DNA from: a virus
Taxonomy: Duplodnaviria; Caudoviricetes
Direction: 5' to 3' (one strand)
Virus record (IMG/VR): IMGVR_UViG_3300021540_000004
Coordinates: 1-64,000 of that record
DNA: 64,000 nt
This document shows positions 1 through 11,507 of this stretch, piece after piece. The notes beneath the pieces were generated by a model. The model was not told the DNA's origin and ran no database searches. It saw only the letters and a program-made list of their open reading frames with translations. The first letter of the stretch is position 1, and each line of letters starts with the position of its first letter. A program made the position numbers and the translations under genes.

Positions 1-146
1 TTTTTTATTTTTACAACTGGAATGCCATCTTCAACAAAATCTTTGCTCTTAAAAGCAAAACCTGAAAAAACTGAAGCTCCTTCATTAAGTTCCTTTAAAG
101 GATAACTATCATTTCCTAAACTCAAATCAACAATAAAATCAACCAC
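1..146 (-). CDS. hsdS: Type I R-M specificity subunit (HsdS-like), N-terminal part, runs off the window edge
   Basis: Not in the ORF track. GTG at 146 after a GGTGA SD reads MVDFIVDLSLGNDSYPLKELNEGASVFSGFAFKSKDFVEDGIPVVKIK; G(F/Y)AFKS.DF...GIPV.KI is typical of the start of an HsdS target-recognition domain. Confidence 0.7.
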   Translation of the reverse strand, partial: MVDFIVDLSLGNDSYPLKELNEGASVFSGFAFKSKDFVEDGIPVVKIK

Positions 147-171
147 ATTAATCACCTAACCATAAACTTTT

Positions 172-921
172 CTATATTAATAGTCTGCCTTGGATTATAT
201 TCCTACAATTTTCAATTCTTTTAACTGTCAAACCCCTTATTTTTAATTTATCATGTAAATCTTCAGGATCATATTCTGTAAATAATTCTATTGCTTGGGG
301 TATGGTGGTTATATTAGTTTTTCTAATGATTTCTCTTATCATTTTATCTGATAATGTTCTGGTGCTCCATAATAAGTTTGCAGCGTAATTGTTACTTTCA
401 CGCATTTTACTTCTTGGTGGTTGAGTTAAATGTCTAGCATTTAACCAGAACAAATGACAAATACATTCAAAAGCCATTTTTTCATCATAAGCTAAAAAAA
501 TATTAATCTTTGAATTGAATCTCAGTATTCCTTTCCATTGAGATTTCTCATTCATAAAATGAATTGGATTATCACAGATTACAATTAATGCAATATCCAA
601 AAATTCTGAATGAGAATATAAGTTTTCTATTTGTGTTGTTAATTTACCCTCACGTATAGATGTTTTGAAATCTTCATAAGTTTTGAATTCAACGCACACA
701 TTGTTAAAAGCATAATCTCCATACTCTAAAGTAGTTATTTTACAATACTCTTCATTATTATCCTTTTTATCTTTAAGAACATCAAGAACTTGAAGTTTAG
801 ATTTAGAATTATTATCAAGATAATCAGATAAATACTCTTTAAATCGTTTACCCCGTTCATTTTCCCTAGAATCTATAAATACTATGTCCTGGTTATTTAT
901 ATCTCCATAAAATAAACTCAT
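172..921 (-). CDS. ERCC4/XPF-family structure-specific nuclease
   Basis: IDSRE...GDY...VEFKTxxDFxxSIxxGKLxxQ ERCC4 signature. Confidence 0.8.
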   Translation of the reverse strand: MSLFYGDINNQDIVFIDSRENERGKRFKEYLSDYLDNNSKSKLQVLDVLKDKKDNNEEYCKITTLEYGDYAFNNVCVEFKTYEDFKTSIREGKLTTQIENLYSHSEFLDIALIVICDNPIHFMNEKSQWKGILRFNSKINIFLAYDEKMAFECICHLFWLNARHLTQPPRSKMRESNNYAANLLWSTRTLSDKMIREIIRKTNITTIPQAIELFTEYDPEDLHDKLKIRGLTVKRIENCRNIIQGRLLI

Positions 922-1288
922 AACTTTTCATACCCCCACTAGTTTTACATTATAATCATTTTCCAAGTAATTTAATGCATCAGTTAAACTATCAAATGAT
1001 TTTGAAGCCACATTCATTTCGAAATCTTTATAGAAAGCATACTTATCCTTATACAATGCGTCTTTTATGTATAAATCATAAGCATTAATAGTTTTAACAG
1101 TAATCCTATTCTCATAAGATGAAATAGAATAAAATCTCCTATAATTATGAGGGTTTTTTGTGAAATATGATTTCTCCACAGGAAATTCAGGTATTGGGTG
1201 TGATGTTGTAACACCACGCCAAGTACCCTCATTATGTTTGGAGACTATAAAAAAGTCAAGATTAAACATTGAAAAACAAACCCTTCTT

Positions 1289-1897
1289 TTATTGTTTTAT
1301 TATTTTCATTAACTCTATTTCAGCATAGGTTTTTGCTTTTAGTAAGGATAATTTTCTTTTACTATCATTTATTTTGAATTCTAGATTTTCTTTTTCATCA
1401 GCTAATGGTTTTAATTCTTTTTTAACGTGTGCTTTTCTGATTTTATCATTATTAGCATTGTATATTTTGTTGAAATCTGTTTTTTTGATTATTTCTCTTT
1501 CTTGTTCTGCATAATCTTCTTTAAGTTGGGATAATTTTCTTTCATCAGTGTCTAATTCTTTGATTAATTTTTCCCAATCTTTTAAACAGGATTCTACTTT
1601 AGATTCTGTTCTTATACTCTTATTTAACCGCAATTTTTTGAAGATTTTTATTTCACAGAGGTTGTAGTTTTCTCCTTTTAATTCGTTTTCGAAATAATAT
1701 TCATCAGGTAGTTTATCATTTAATTCTGTCATGAAAAATTCGAAATCGTCTGCTTCACCTTGTATTAAAATAGTATCATTATTTTTTATACCTGTTTTTT
1801 TTATTAATGGTAATTCATCAATTATTGGTCTGATTATTTCTTCTAAGTTTAGTTCTGGAAGATTATTTTTATTATTTATTAATTCTATGGTCTTCAT
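1289..1897 (-). CDS. Coiled-coil hypothetical protein
   Basis: 202-aa ORF with a K/E-rich heptad C-terminal half; preceded by AGGTGA SD and the conserved leader. Confidence 0.6.
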   Translation of the reverse strand: MKTIELINNKNNLPELNLEEIIRPIIDELPLIKKTGIKNNDTILIQGEADDFEFFMTELNDKLPDEYYFENELKGENYNLCEIKIFKKLRLNKSIRTESKVESCLKDWEKLIKELDTDERKLSQLKEDYAEQEREIIKKTDFNKIYNANNDKIRKAHVKKELKPLADEKENLEFKINDSKRKLSLLKAKTYAEIELMKIIKQ

Positions 1898-1902
1898 CTT
1901 TT

Positions 1903-1985
1903 TCTCACCTTATACATTTTTTTTCTTTTGGGGTTTTAGGGTATTGTTCTAATACCGTTATATATTATATTTATATATACTTATA
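1903..1985 (-). promoter_or_regulatory. Promoter and conserved leader (hairpin GGTATT/AATACC, CCCAAAAGAA, AGGTGA SD)
   Basis: TTCTTTTGGG on + at 1923-1932; inverted repeat 1940-1956; TATA-rich upstream. Confidence 0.65.
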
Positions 1986-2018
1986 TTTATATTTTATCAT
2001 TTAATATTATACTTTATG

Positions 2019-3538
2019 TTAATAGCCTCTCTCTTTAACCTTAATAATAATTGCATCCGCAGTAACATACCCTACAGTATCACAATGAATATCAGTTATC
2101 TCCAAGCTAACAATAAAAGCAAACATAGTTGGTTCAAAACAGGCCGTAACCACATCCCAATCCACATCACAATCAGGACTAATAATAACAATACCATTTC
2201 CTTCTGTAATTTCCTCAGGATTATTAGTTGCAATAATAAAATTATTTAAATCTCCAAATTCGTTAAAATACTCCGTATTAATCATATTGTACACTCCCAC
2301 ATTCTATTTTTTTATGAATCTTCCTTTTTTCAATGCATTTATTACTTGTTGGTTGGGTGCTGATCCATTACACCATAAACCAATATCTTCCAGGAATTCT
2401 CCATTATCTAATTGTACATTGAATTTTGCATTATCAAATCCTCCTCTTTTACCTGGTTTGCAGATATAATATACTGTGTGAAGAGTATTGATTGTTGTAT
2501 TACCTTCAATGTTTACAAAGTGTTTGTCTACTTCATCAGGTGCTATGATTTCTTCCCAGAATTCTTTACTGAAGCAGTTTTCACAATCATGATTATATCT
2601 TTTGCAGAAGTCGCTTCTATCGTATTGTATGTATTCATCAATACACCAACGATGTTGGTCTGTATATTTTTTTATGCATGGTGTTAATGTGGTTTTATAC
2701 TCTCCTGTTAAGCCACATTCACCGTAAAAATATCTTCGATTCCAATAGTCGTATGTTTCTCCTTTTACTTTGAAATTTTCACAATCATTACAGTTTTGTT
2801 CTTTCATAATATCATTCCATTATTAATTTGGCACAACTGATTTTTCTAAGATGCCATTCAGCATGATGTATAGCTGAGTTTATTGATATATTTGTAGATA
2901 ACATTACATTTCCTACATATTCATTATCATATAATTTTCCAAAGACTTTTCCTGTTCTTTGGTCTTTTACTTCGTGTCTTGGTAGGAGTTTTTCTAATGT
3001 TTCCATTGTTCTTTTCATTCTGTATAAGATTACTAAGTGTTTGCTGTTTTCACGTATGTCATTTGTGAGGTTGATTCCCACTACATTTTTTGTTAATTGT
3101 TGGTATCTTTTGCAAACTTCTAATGCTTCTATTTCGATTTCTTCTAAGTTTTCTTGGCCTTTAATGGTCTTGTTTTCTTCTTGTTTGATTAATGCGTCTC
3201 TTGCTTTTTGTTGTGATACATATCTTAACATTATTATTCCCTCCAGTTAAAAAAAATAATATTTTTTAAGCAGTAGTGTTTACTGCTTTGAAATTAATGT
3301 ATGCTCCGATCATGTTTTCTTCCCATATTTCTGGGTTTTCAATTTCAACTACTGCGAAAGGTATTGTTTGGAGTAAGTTTTTCACGTGTACTCTTACTTC
3401 CTCGATAGTAATGTACATTTGTACTGTTTCCCATGCTTGGTTGTCGATAGACATTATGATGTCGTATCTGTTGTATGGTATTTTGTCTCTTGGTTCGCCA
3501 TCAGTTTCTAATACTCTTTTGATTTGTATTTTTATCAT
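2019..3538 (-). other. Run of four small hypothetical CDS (2019-2300, 2304-2807 Cys-rich, 2812-3231, 3266-3538)
   Basis: Tightly packed co-oriented ORFs with SD-like sites. Confidence 0.6.
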
Positions 3539-3566
3539 ACGATTAATCCTCCTGAAAAGTAATGTT

Positions 3567-3893
3567 TTAGATAGTTACTTTCATTAGTCCGTAACTACCT
3601 TTGATGTTTATGTTTCCACATACGAATGTTTCTTTTAGGTTTACTAGGTTTCTGAGGTCTGTAGCAGATTTGAAGTTTTTATAGAACTTGTTGGATAATG
3701 TTCCTTTTTTGTTGTTTGCTACGAAGCCTATTTTTTCGCCTTTCATGGTTACTACCATTACTGCGTTTTCATCGAATTTATTGTTGTTGTCTTCAATGAG
3801 TTTTAATGTGGTTCCGTTTTCTATTTTGACATCGGAGTATTTTAATCCGACGATTTTTATTGAAACTGAGTTTTTTCCTAATTTTTGTTGCAT
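3567..3893 (-). CDS. HIRAN domain protein
   Basis: IVGLKY...LIEDxxNKFDENAVxV...KIGFV pattern. Confidence 0.75.
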   Translation of the reverse strand: MQQKLGKNSVSIKIVGLKYSDVKIENGTTLKLIEDNNNKFDENAVMVVTMKGEKIGFVANNKKGTLSNKFYKNFKSATDLRNLVNLKETFVCGNINIKGSYGLMKVTI

Positions 3894-3896
3894 TTT

Positions 3897-3990
3897 TTCT
3901 CACCTTTTAAATTTTGTTTTTTTTCTTTTGGGGTCTTTAATATATATTATGTTTTACTACTATATAAATGTTTCCATTCTAAAAACTATA
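3897..3990 (-). promoter_or_regulatory. Conserved archaeal BRE/TATA promoter plus CCCAAAAGAA leader
   Basis: Minus strand ATGGAAACATTTATATAGTAGTAAAACATAATATATATTA then CCCCAAAAGAA and AGGTGA; near-identical copies near 14.55 and 27.15 kb. Confidence 0.75.
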
Positions 3991-4066
3991 ACATAAATAT
4001 TTGAAAAAAAATATACAACCAATAGTAGAAATTTCTTGTTGATAAACTTTTCAAAGAATTTCTACA

Positions 4067-4579
4067 CTAAATAGTACTAATAAAATCCAAATACTTCTCA
4101 AGTAATTTTTTCTCCAAATTCATCATATATTTCTCCATAAAAACATAATCAGGTTCATCATCTTCATTCACAGGTAGCATTATTTTTTGTCTTTTTATTC
4201 TACCAGTACCCATAATATATCCATAAGAATATTTTTCTTTTTGTTGTTTTATTTGATTTACAATAAACAATGATGCATATTTATTATCACAATCTTTTAA
4301 AATAAATTTCCTACAATTATTTGAAAATAAAGCTCCATATGGATGATAAAAGGCATAACCAACAGAACCAGTACGATTTATTGAAATGCAATTAGATTCT
4401 AATGAATTATTTTTGTTTCCTATAAAACAGTTTATTCCATTGTTTGAGAATGTAGCTGATATATAAGGTATATCTCCATCAACCATTTCTTTTTGAATAA
4501 TATCTTTTCCAGATTTGACTTCCCCAATCTCATCTAAGAAAAAATCACGCCATTTCCTATCCTTTAAACACATAACCAT
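4067..4579 (-). CDS. R-M specificity subunit, single TRD (BcgI beta/half-HsdS-like)
   Basis: W..F.L.EI..V.SG...IPYISAT..NNGI...GSVGYAFYHPY...IMLPV...EPDY.FME; adjacent to the RM gene. Confidence 0.8.
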   Translation of the reverse strand: MVMCLKDRKWRDFFLDEIGEVKSGKDIIQKEMVDGDIPYISATFSNNGINCFIGNKNNSLESNCISINRTGSVGYAFYHPYGALFSNNCRKFILKDCDNKYASLFIVNQIKQQKEKYSYGYIMGTGRIKRQKIMLPVNEDDEPDYVFMEKYMMNLEKKLLEKYLDFISTI

Positions 4580-4586
4580 ACAATAA

Positions 4587-6479
4587 TCATCTCTTAAATA
4601 AATAATTTTTATCTTTCAAAATCATTTCGAATTCAAATGATAAATAATCCGACATTGTGTCTTTGAATGAATTTTCAGAAGGAATATTATCATTAAAATA
4701 ATAAAAAGCATGTAACCATTCATCTGTAGGTTTTATAGTTGACTTAACAATAAACTTTGTTTCAGCATCTATCTCATCACGCCAACACTTCAACAAATGT
4801 TCTTTCCTTTCAATAGCTCTTTCAGTTTTAACAATACCAATATGTTTACTAACACGATAACCATCATCCTTAAAATCAATAAATTTACATCTTTTATTCT
4901 CAGGGTGTGGTTGATTACAGGTGAATACTGCAATACATGGATTAGTACCTACATTATAAAAAGTAGTATCTCCATCTAAAGTAATAACTCCTTCCAAAGT
5001 ATGATTCTTTAATATTTGCTTTTTAATATCTTTATCCTCTTTATTTTTACCGACCATTGCAGATTGTGGAACAATAACAGCACATCTACAACCATTATCA
5101 AAACAGTCTAATAATTGTTTAACAAAATGTATTTCAGATAAATGTGCTGTTTCTTTGTTTTTTCTTTGTGAATATGGTGGATTCATCATACCTTTAGTAA
5201 AATTCTCATTTTTTATAACTTCGGGGTCTTGTTTTAAGAAGTCAGCACATATAAGATTAGTTTTACCATCACCTCTGAGAATCATATTTGTTGTTGCTAT
5301 ACTAAACATATTTTCTCTTATTTCTATTCCATGTAAATTATTTTCTTTTATATAGTCTTTTTCTTTTTGTGAATCTGCTTCTTTTAACATTCTATTTAAT
5401 GCTGAGATTAAAAAGGTTCCTGTTCCTGCACATGGGTCAAATACTCTGTCTTTTTTATTTATTTCAAGTAAATCACAGAACAATTCAGTTATATGTGTTG
5501 GTGTTAGTACAATTCCTAATAATTGGCCGTCTCCACCACTATATTTAATGAATTCTCCATAGAAAAATCCTAAAATATCCTCATGTTCCTGTGATATTGC
5601 TGGAAATATTTCATTCTTAATGTATTCAGTGAAATATTTTAATGGTGTTTTACCAAGGTTTTCATCATATTCATTTAAATTGTTTCGGTCTTTAATGAAA
5701 TTGAATTGATGCATTATTGGATCTATTTTTTCAGTTACTTTTAATCTTTGTAGGCTGCATGCTACTGCATCGTTTATGATTTTACCATCATTATTTATTT
5801 CATCAGCTTTAAGTTGTTGGTCTATGTCTTCATTTTCTTTTAATGCTAGTAATATTGCTGATACTACTAATGGTTTTTCTGAATCACTTATGCTTCCACG
5901 ACTGGTTAGTAATTCATTTAGTTCACTTGATTTTTCCAGTACTTTTTCTATTTCTATATTTTCCTTTGATGGTTTTTTTAATATTACTTCATCATAATAT
6001 TTACGGATATTTTCTTCATTAAAGTTTTCAAAATTATCCACTTCATCAAGTACTGTATATTCTTTTTCATCCACATATATTGGTCGTATTATATGGTGTT
6101 TTTCTGTTCCACTACAACCAAATGCAAATATCTGTTTAAAATTAGTATTAGTTATGATGTGTTGTGCATAATGTAGTGCACCATTTTCAGCATAATGTAT
6201 TATAGCTTCTGTTCTTTGGTCTAGTTTTTTATTGTTTCGTTCACAGTATAATGCTTGTTTGTTAATATCTGCTTTGTCTTCTATTACTATTAAAAAGTCA
6301 TTGGATTTGCATACGAATTCCGGTCTTCCTACGGATGATGTTCCTTTTTTAGAAGCTGTCTTTAATGCTTGTTTAACTTCTTTTATATTACTTCCATCAG
6401 CAGCACATTTTAATCCTGCATCTTTTAACAGTTCAGATATGAAGATATCCGTTTCTTTCTCTCTAGCCATTATAAACAC
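4587..6479 (-). CDS. Fused restriction endonuclease/N6-adenine methyltransferase (type IIB/IIG, BcgI alpha-like)
   Basis: N-terminal GRPEF...IEDK nuclease motif; VLTP, DPCAGTGTFL (motif I), MNPPY (motif IV). Confidence 0.85.
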   Translation of the reverse strand: MFIMAREKETDIFISELLKDAGLKCAADGSNIKEVKQALKTASKKGTSSVGRPEFVCKSNDFLIVIEDKADINKQALYCERNNKKLDQRTEAIIHYAENGALHYAQHIITNTNFKQIFAFGCSGTEKHHIIRPIYVDEKEYTVLDEVDNFENFNEENIRKYYDEVILKKPSKENIEIEKVLEKSSELNELLTSRGSISDSEKPLVVSAILLALKENEDIDQQLKADEINNDGKIINDAVACSLQRLKVTEKIDPIMHQFNFIKDRNNLNEYDENLGKTPLKYFTEYIKNEIFPAISQEHEDILGFFYGEFIKYSGGDGQLLGIVLTPTHITELFCDLLEINKKDRVFDPCAGTGTFLISALNRMLKEADSQKEKDYIKENNLHGIEIRENMFSIATTNMILRGDGKTNLICADFLKQDPEVIKNENFTKGMMNPPYSQRKNKETAHLSEIHFVKQLLDCFDNGCRCAVIVPQSAMVGKNKEDKDIKKQILKNHTLEGVITLDGDTTFYNVGTNPCIAVFTCNQPHPENKRCKFIDFKDDGYRVSKHIGIVKTERAIERKEHLLKCWRDEIDAETKFIVKSTIKPTDEWLHAFYYFNDNIPSENSFKDTMSDYLSFEFEMILKDKNYLFKR

Positions 6480-6594
6480 TTTGTCGAATAAAAAAAATGA
6501 TTTTAAAAAAATGTTATTTTAATAATATTTTTTATTTTTTAATGTATTTAAAAATTTATATAAAAAAAAGAAGATGGGGGTTAAAAAAAGATTT

Positions 6595-7458
6595 TTAGAA
6601 ATCTTTTAAATATTTTGCTTTAATTTTTTCAAATTCTTCTTCGTTTATTGCACCAGCATCCAATAATTCTTTAGCTTCTTTTATCTTTTTCATTGGGTCT
6701 GCTTTTTCCTGGGCAGGTTCTTTTTTCTCAATAACCACCGTATTTTGAGCAGTGTTTTTATGATGTAGGAAAGAATTGTATCTAACATCAATTACATTAA
6801 CCATGTTCTCAGGAATATTTTTTAATTGGATGAATTCTGATGATTTTAGATTTATAATTAAACTATTGCTTAAATGTAGTTTTCCTCGTGCATCATAATC
6901 TATACTTGCAACATTTTCAAAGTATATTTTACGTGTACCCATATTGGATTTTAGGAATACTGATTCTTTAACTATTTCCAGGTATTTGTTTTCAATGAAA
7001 ACATATGCATTATCAACTTCTCTGCGGTTGGTGTTTGTGAATGTGGAATTTTTTCTTTCTTCAATAGTACATTTAAACCATACTCTGTTTTGGAATTTCA
7101 CACCAAATTTTTTTTCTAGTTTCTTTTCGTTTTCTTTTAATGGTTTTATTTTTTCTTCTTGTAATTTTTTATTTGCTTCGTATTGGTTCATGGGTTCTCC
7201 ATACTTTTCTGTTAAGAGTTCGGTGAACCTTCTTTTTATTTCATTTGATTTTAAACCATCTTTTTTTATTTCTTTTTTTATTTTTTTATAGCATGTGTTG
7301 AAGTATTTGGTTTCTGAGAATCCCATTTTTGATATTCCGTATAATGGTAGGAATTGTCTGAATTTAAAATAAGTGTTTTCTTTGTATGTGTCTAATTCTT
7401 TTAATGCTTCTTCTTCGATATGTTTTTCTTCATCTGTTTTTTTGTTAAATAAAGCCAT
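6595..7458 (-). CDS. Protein with C-terminal SHOCT domain (possible PH-like middle domain)
   Basis: C-terminal DPMKKIKEAKELLDAGAINEEEFEKIK. Confidence 0.7.
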   Translation of the reverse strand: MALFNKKTDEEKHIEEEALKELDTYKENTYFKFRQFLPLYGISKMGFSETKYFNTCYKKIKKEIKKDGLKSNEIKRRFTELLTEKYGEPMNQYEANKKLQEEKIKPLKENEKKLEKKFGVKFQNRVWFKCTIEERKNSTFTNTNRREVDNAYVFIENKYLEIVKESVFLKSNMGTRKIYFENVASIDYDARGKLHLSNSLIINLKSSEFIQLKNIPENMVNVIDVRYNSFLHHKNTAQNTVVIEKKEPAQEKADPMKKIKEAKELLDAGAINEEEFEKIKAKYLKDF

Positions 7459-7555
7459 AATTAACCACCTTCTACTTTATATATAATTTATATATAAAAT
7501 ATTACTATAAATAAATTACTCATATATTATTTGGGTGGTTATAGTTTTTTTATCA

Positions 7556-8853
7556 TTAATAGAATAAACCGTCTTTTATACTAATCCATTTGATTTCAGG
7601 GTCATAATCATGTACTAGCCAAAAGCCACCTTGCATTATCACTTTACCACATTTAATTGAAAAATGCTCATCATGATGACGATCATAAACAATACGGCAT
7701 CTTCTATTACACTTCTTACATTTCACTACTATTTGGCTTTTCTGATTATTTTTACCCATTATTCTTTAATTACATCTCCAGTTATGCAGCGACTCATTAC
7801 ACGCATACCATAATCTCTTAAACTTTTACCTAAATCAAATGACTGGTCTTCATCATCTTTATCTGTTTCACGTATTATTTTAATTAAATACTCTTTTTCT
7901 TTTTTTGTTATATAACCCATTTACTTTAAATCTAACTTGTCTTTAAATGTTACTTTTTTAGTATTATCCTTTTTATCTTCTAATTCTTCTTCTAACTCTA
8001 TTATTCTTTTTGATAATGTAGTTACTGTTTGTTCTAATCGGATGATAGTTGATTTTAATTCCTGTAATCCTTTAACTAATGTGTCTATAGTTTCTATTGC
8101 AGTATCTATATCTTTTTCACTCATAACATTTCTTTTACCAATGATATTTTGTTTTCTAAACGTTTATTTTCTTTAAGTAATCGGATAATTTCTTCTTCTA
8201 AAGCATTAATATCTGATATTTTATCTTGTCTTTTTAAATCAGCGATTATTTTACTTGCTTTTTTATTCTTATCCCTTAATTTTATATTTTTTAAAGCAAT
8301 ATCATTGAACTGTTCATCTAATTCTTTTACTTCCCTTTTTAATCGTTCAACTTCTTTTTCTTTTTCCGATAGTTTATCACGAAGCAAATCTAAACCTTTA
8401 TCAATTGTTACTCCGGCCACATTACTAAACTTAGCACACATAAGAATCCTCAGTTTTTTATTTTTTTACTTTTTTTACATTCCAATTATATGGATTATAA
8501 GCTAATGTATTATTATTGTTTTTTGTCCAATCATTCAATTCTTCAAGAAACTCATCTGATGATAACAATTCTTTATCCTCTTCTTTAACTCTTTTGTAAG
8601 CAGCATTTGTCCTTTTAGCAAACTCATCATAATCCGCTTCAAATAAATCATCTTCACTTTTCACAGTTAAAGGAACAAAATCATCATCATCGAATGAATC
8701 AAGGTTCACTTCTAAAGTATCCTCAGCTTTTTCTAAAAACTCAGTGAATAATTCAAAAGCATTATCAGGGTCACTATCTAAACGGTCCCACCAATGAAAC
8801 AATTCACTAACACTAATACATACATGTTGGGTTTTAATATACTTATTAAACAT
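7556..8853 (-). other. Small hypothetical CDS: Zn-ribbon-like (7556-7759), coiled-coil (7921-8124, 8121-8441), acidic (8458-8853)
   Basis: ORF track; CKKC...IVYD...CGKVI resembles a degenerate TFIIB-type Zn ribbon. Confidence 0.5.
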
Positions 8854-8870
8854 ACGACTCTTTATCTTTT

Positions 8871-9209
8871 TTATAATAGTTTTAAATCACTTGTAAAATC
8901 CAATAACTCATTATACTCAGGTCCAATTGCAAGAACAGTTATACTATCTTCAGGTATCTGTGTACGGCCTTTATCTTTAACTAGAAAATGTGGAATATCC
9001 CGTTTAACACATTCATCCCTATAAGTTAATAGTTCTGGTAATGTTTTCACTTTACAAATTACTTTCGTATAATCATACTCATTATCCCATTTATCCCTTT
9101 TAGCCTCATCAGTTAATAAATAAGATTTTATTGCTCCATGACAACATTGACCAGCTATTTTACCTTTACCCATTTTTAAATCTTGCCTTACTATAAATAC
9201 TTGCTTCAT
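8871..9209 (-). CDS. pth2: Peptidyl-tRNA hydrolase, archaeal/eukaryotic Pth2 type
   Basis: KQVFIVRQDLKMGKGKIAGQCCH...KVICKV...DKGRTQI...TVLAIGP. Confidence 0.92.
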   Translation of the reverse strand: MKQVFIVRQDLKMGKGKIAGQCCHGAIKSYLLTDEAKRDKWDNEYDYTKVICKVKTLPELLTYRDECVKRDIPHFLVKDKGRTQIPEDSITVLAIGPEYNELLDFTSDLKLL

Positions 9210-9444
9210 ACTATGTTTTTAAATTCCTCCGCTTTAATAGTAGTGTTTTCTTGTTCCCAATCACCTTCAAATAATCCTAGACGAGTTGCCTTTTCTTGTG
9301 AATAGTTTATTGGGTTTTCCTTGAATTCTAAAGTGTTTCTCACTTCATCAGGGAAATCCCAAATCATACATAAATCATTTGATATTGGAGTATCTTTAGG
9401 GAACTTCTCCAATACCTTAATTAATTCACCAGTAGTGTATTTAG

Positions 9445-9933
9445 TCATAGTTTACCCCATTTTAAACCTTTTTTCAATACTCTTTCTTTTAATGTTTTTA
9501 TCGAATCACCAGTTATGGATTTTCTTTTACCATCAATATAATATTGGTATGTGTAGTAGAAACCTTTACGAGCATTTTTATCTTTCTTTTTATATACCCT
9601 GAAGTAACCTGTAGTGTTTCTGGCTTGACTCATTCGGTATAATGTTTTTTCACTACATTTTTTACCATACATTGGATGGTTTTCACCACTTTTATGTAGT
9701 ACGTTATGATCATGAACAGTCATCATTTCCAGGTTATCTGGATTATTGTTCAGTTTATTATTGTCCCGGTGGTGTATTACATAACCCTGTGGTATGGGTC
9801 CATGTATGGATTCATAGATTAACCTGTGTAGTTTTTTGAATTGATTACCCTCTTCGCTGCTGATTATATGGTAGTAGCCTTTGTTGTTTATTATTGCTGT
9901 ACCATATTCTGTTTCTAGTTTAACAGAAGACAT
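9445..9933 (-). CDS. HNH endonuclease with NUMOD3-like motif and conserved C-terminal DNA-binding domain
   Basis: LHRLIY...IHHRDNNKLNN...NLE...H; GENHPMYGK; NTTGYFRV. Confidence 0.85.
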   Translation of the reverse strand: MSSVKLETEYGTAIINNKGYYHIISSEEGNQFKKLHRLIYESIHGPIPQGYVIHHRDNNKLNNNPDNLEMMTVHDHNVLHKSGENHPMYGKKCSEKTLYRMSQARNTTGYFRVYKKKDKNARKGFYYTYQYYIDGKRKSITGDSIKTLKERVLKKGLKWGKL

Positions 9934-9971
9934 AATAAAACCGCCTATTTTAGTATTTTCCTGGCATTTTT

Positions 9972-10706
9972 TTATTCGTCTTCTTCAATACGTGGTGCTA
10001 AGAGGAATGATAATTTACCTTCACTGTTACCGATTTCAAAGTCTATTGTTAAGGGTTTATCATTTCCCAGGTATAAATCAATCATGTCTGAGATTTTACT
10101 GGCTTTCATTATGTCTTTTAGTTTTTCTATTGCAAAGACACTTCTTGTTGATTCGGTGATTGTTTGACCGTGTAAATATTTCATTTCCGTATCACCAAAT
10201 TCACCTTCATTGTTGAAGATAATATAATCTTCATCGGTTTTTATGGTTATTTTATCACCAAAGACTTCAATGTCAGCCATTGCATCTTTTAATATATCTG
10301 TTGGTAACTCAATACAAGTATTATAATCTAGTGCTGGTGGTTGTGGTGATTCATATTCCAAGTCAATTAATTTTATACGGAATGTTCTTGTTGCATCACC
10401 CGAAAATGTTAATATTAAGTTTCCTTCATCAGTGGTTAATATTAATACATCGTTGTTTTTGCAACGGTCTAATACTTTCATGAATTCTAGTGTGTCTATA
10501 CTGATTTTTTCTGGTGTGTCGCAGATGTATTCTGTGAATAATTCACTTTGCAAGTCTAGTTGTATGAATGTTATGTGGCTGCGGTCTAATGCTCTGAGAC
10601 GCATTCCTTCTTCATCACATTCAAATACTACTTCATCGATTATACTGCTTATTGATTTGAAAATAGTTTTAAATATACTATTATCATGTAATTCTAGTTT
10701 AAACAT
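9972..10706 (-). CDS. pcn: DNA polymerase sliding clamp PCNA (archaeal type)
   Basis: MFKLEL...ISSIIDEV.F...GMRLRALDRSHI...LSFLLAPRIEEDE; start moved to the ATG at 10706 behind the leader. Confidence 0.95.
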   Translation of the reverse strand: MFKLELHDNSIFKTIFKSISSIIDEVVFECDEEGMRLRALDRSHITFIQLDLQSELFTEYICDTPEKISIDTLEFMKVLDRCKNNDVLILTTDEGNLILTFSGDATRTFRIKLIDLEYESPQPPALDYNTCIELPTDILKDAMADIEVFGDKITIKTDEDYIIFNNEGEFGDTEMKYLHGQTITESTRSVFAIEKLKDIMKASKISDMIDLYLGNDKPLTIDFEIGNSEGKLSFLLAPRIEEDE

Positions 10707-11507
10707 AGTTAATCTTTTCCTCACTTTTCAATCTTTTTTTGCGATTAAACTTCTTTTGGGTTGAATTTTAATCTATTATATATTTCTATCATTTAATATT
10801 AATATATTTTTCCCATATAATAGATATTAATAGTATCTTACCAGTTTCATATCATCAGTCAAACCAATACTATACTCTTCTCTATACTCATTTGATAAAA
10901 AGACACAATAATCCATATCCTCACTTACACTACGGCAAACACCGTTAATATCATCAACACTTAAATACACTTCCATATCCGCAGGATATTTCTTTAATAA
11001 ATTAATTAACTCACAAACTTCCATAATAATATTATTTTTCCGCCCCTACCATCATAAGGTAACTATAAAAGATTTTGTAGACAGATAGTAACAAATAAAA
11101 ATTATAAAGATTAACATTACTTATCTTAAACCCATCCATTCTTTCACTGAAAATCTCTTTTAAAACGAACAAACATTTAATATGTTCATATAAATTTAAA
11201 AAATACAATTTAGGATTAAAGTATCCTCCTTTACTCTGAGATAATAAAAAACTCACACTATTCATCTTTTAAGTACACCACCATAATGCCTATAATATTT
11301 TAAGCGGTCAACATCATCTAACAAATTCCAATTATTTTTACACCAATCAGGATCAACCATTAACTTTCGTTTTATGAATTCACTATGATTCTTATCATTA
11401 AGATACTGATGACAGGTTTTACCATCATCTCTTATTTTGCCCTGTATCTCGCACCTGTCCCATTCACTCCAATAACAAGTCATACAATCATGAACATTGA
11501 TTCCCAT

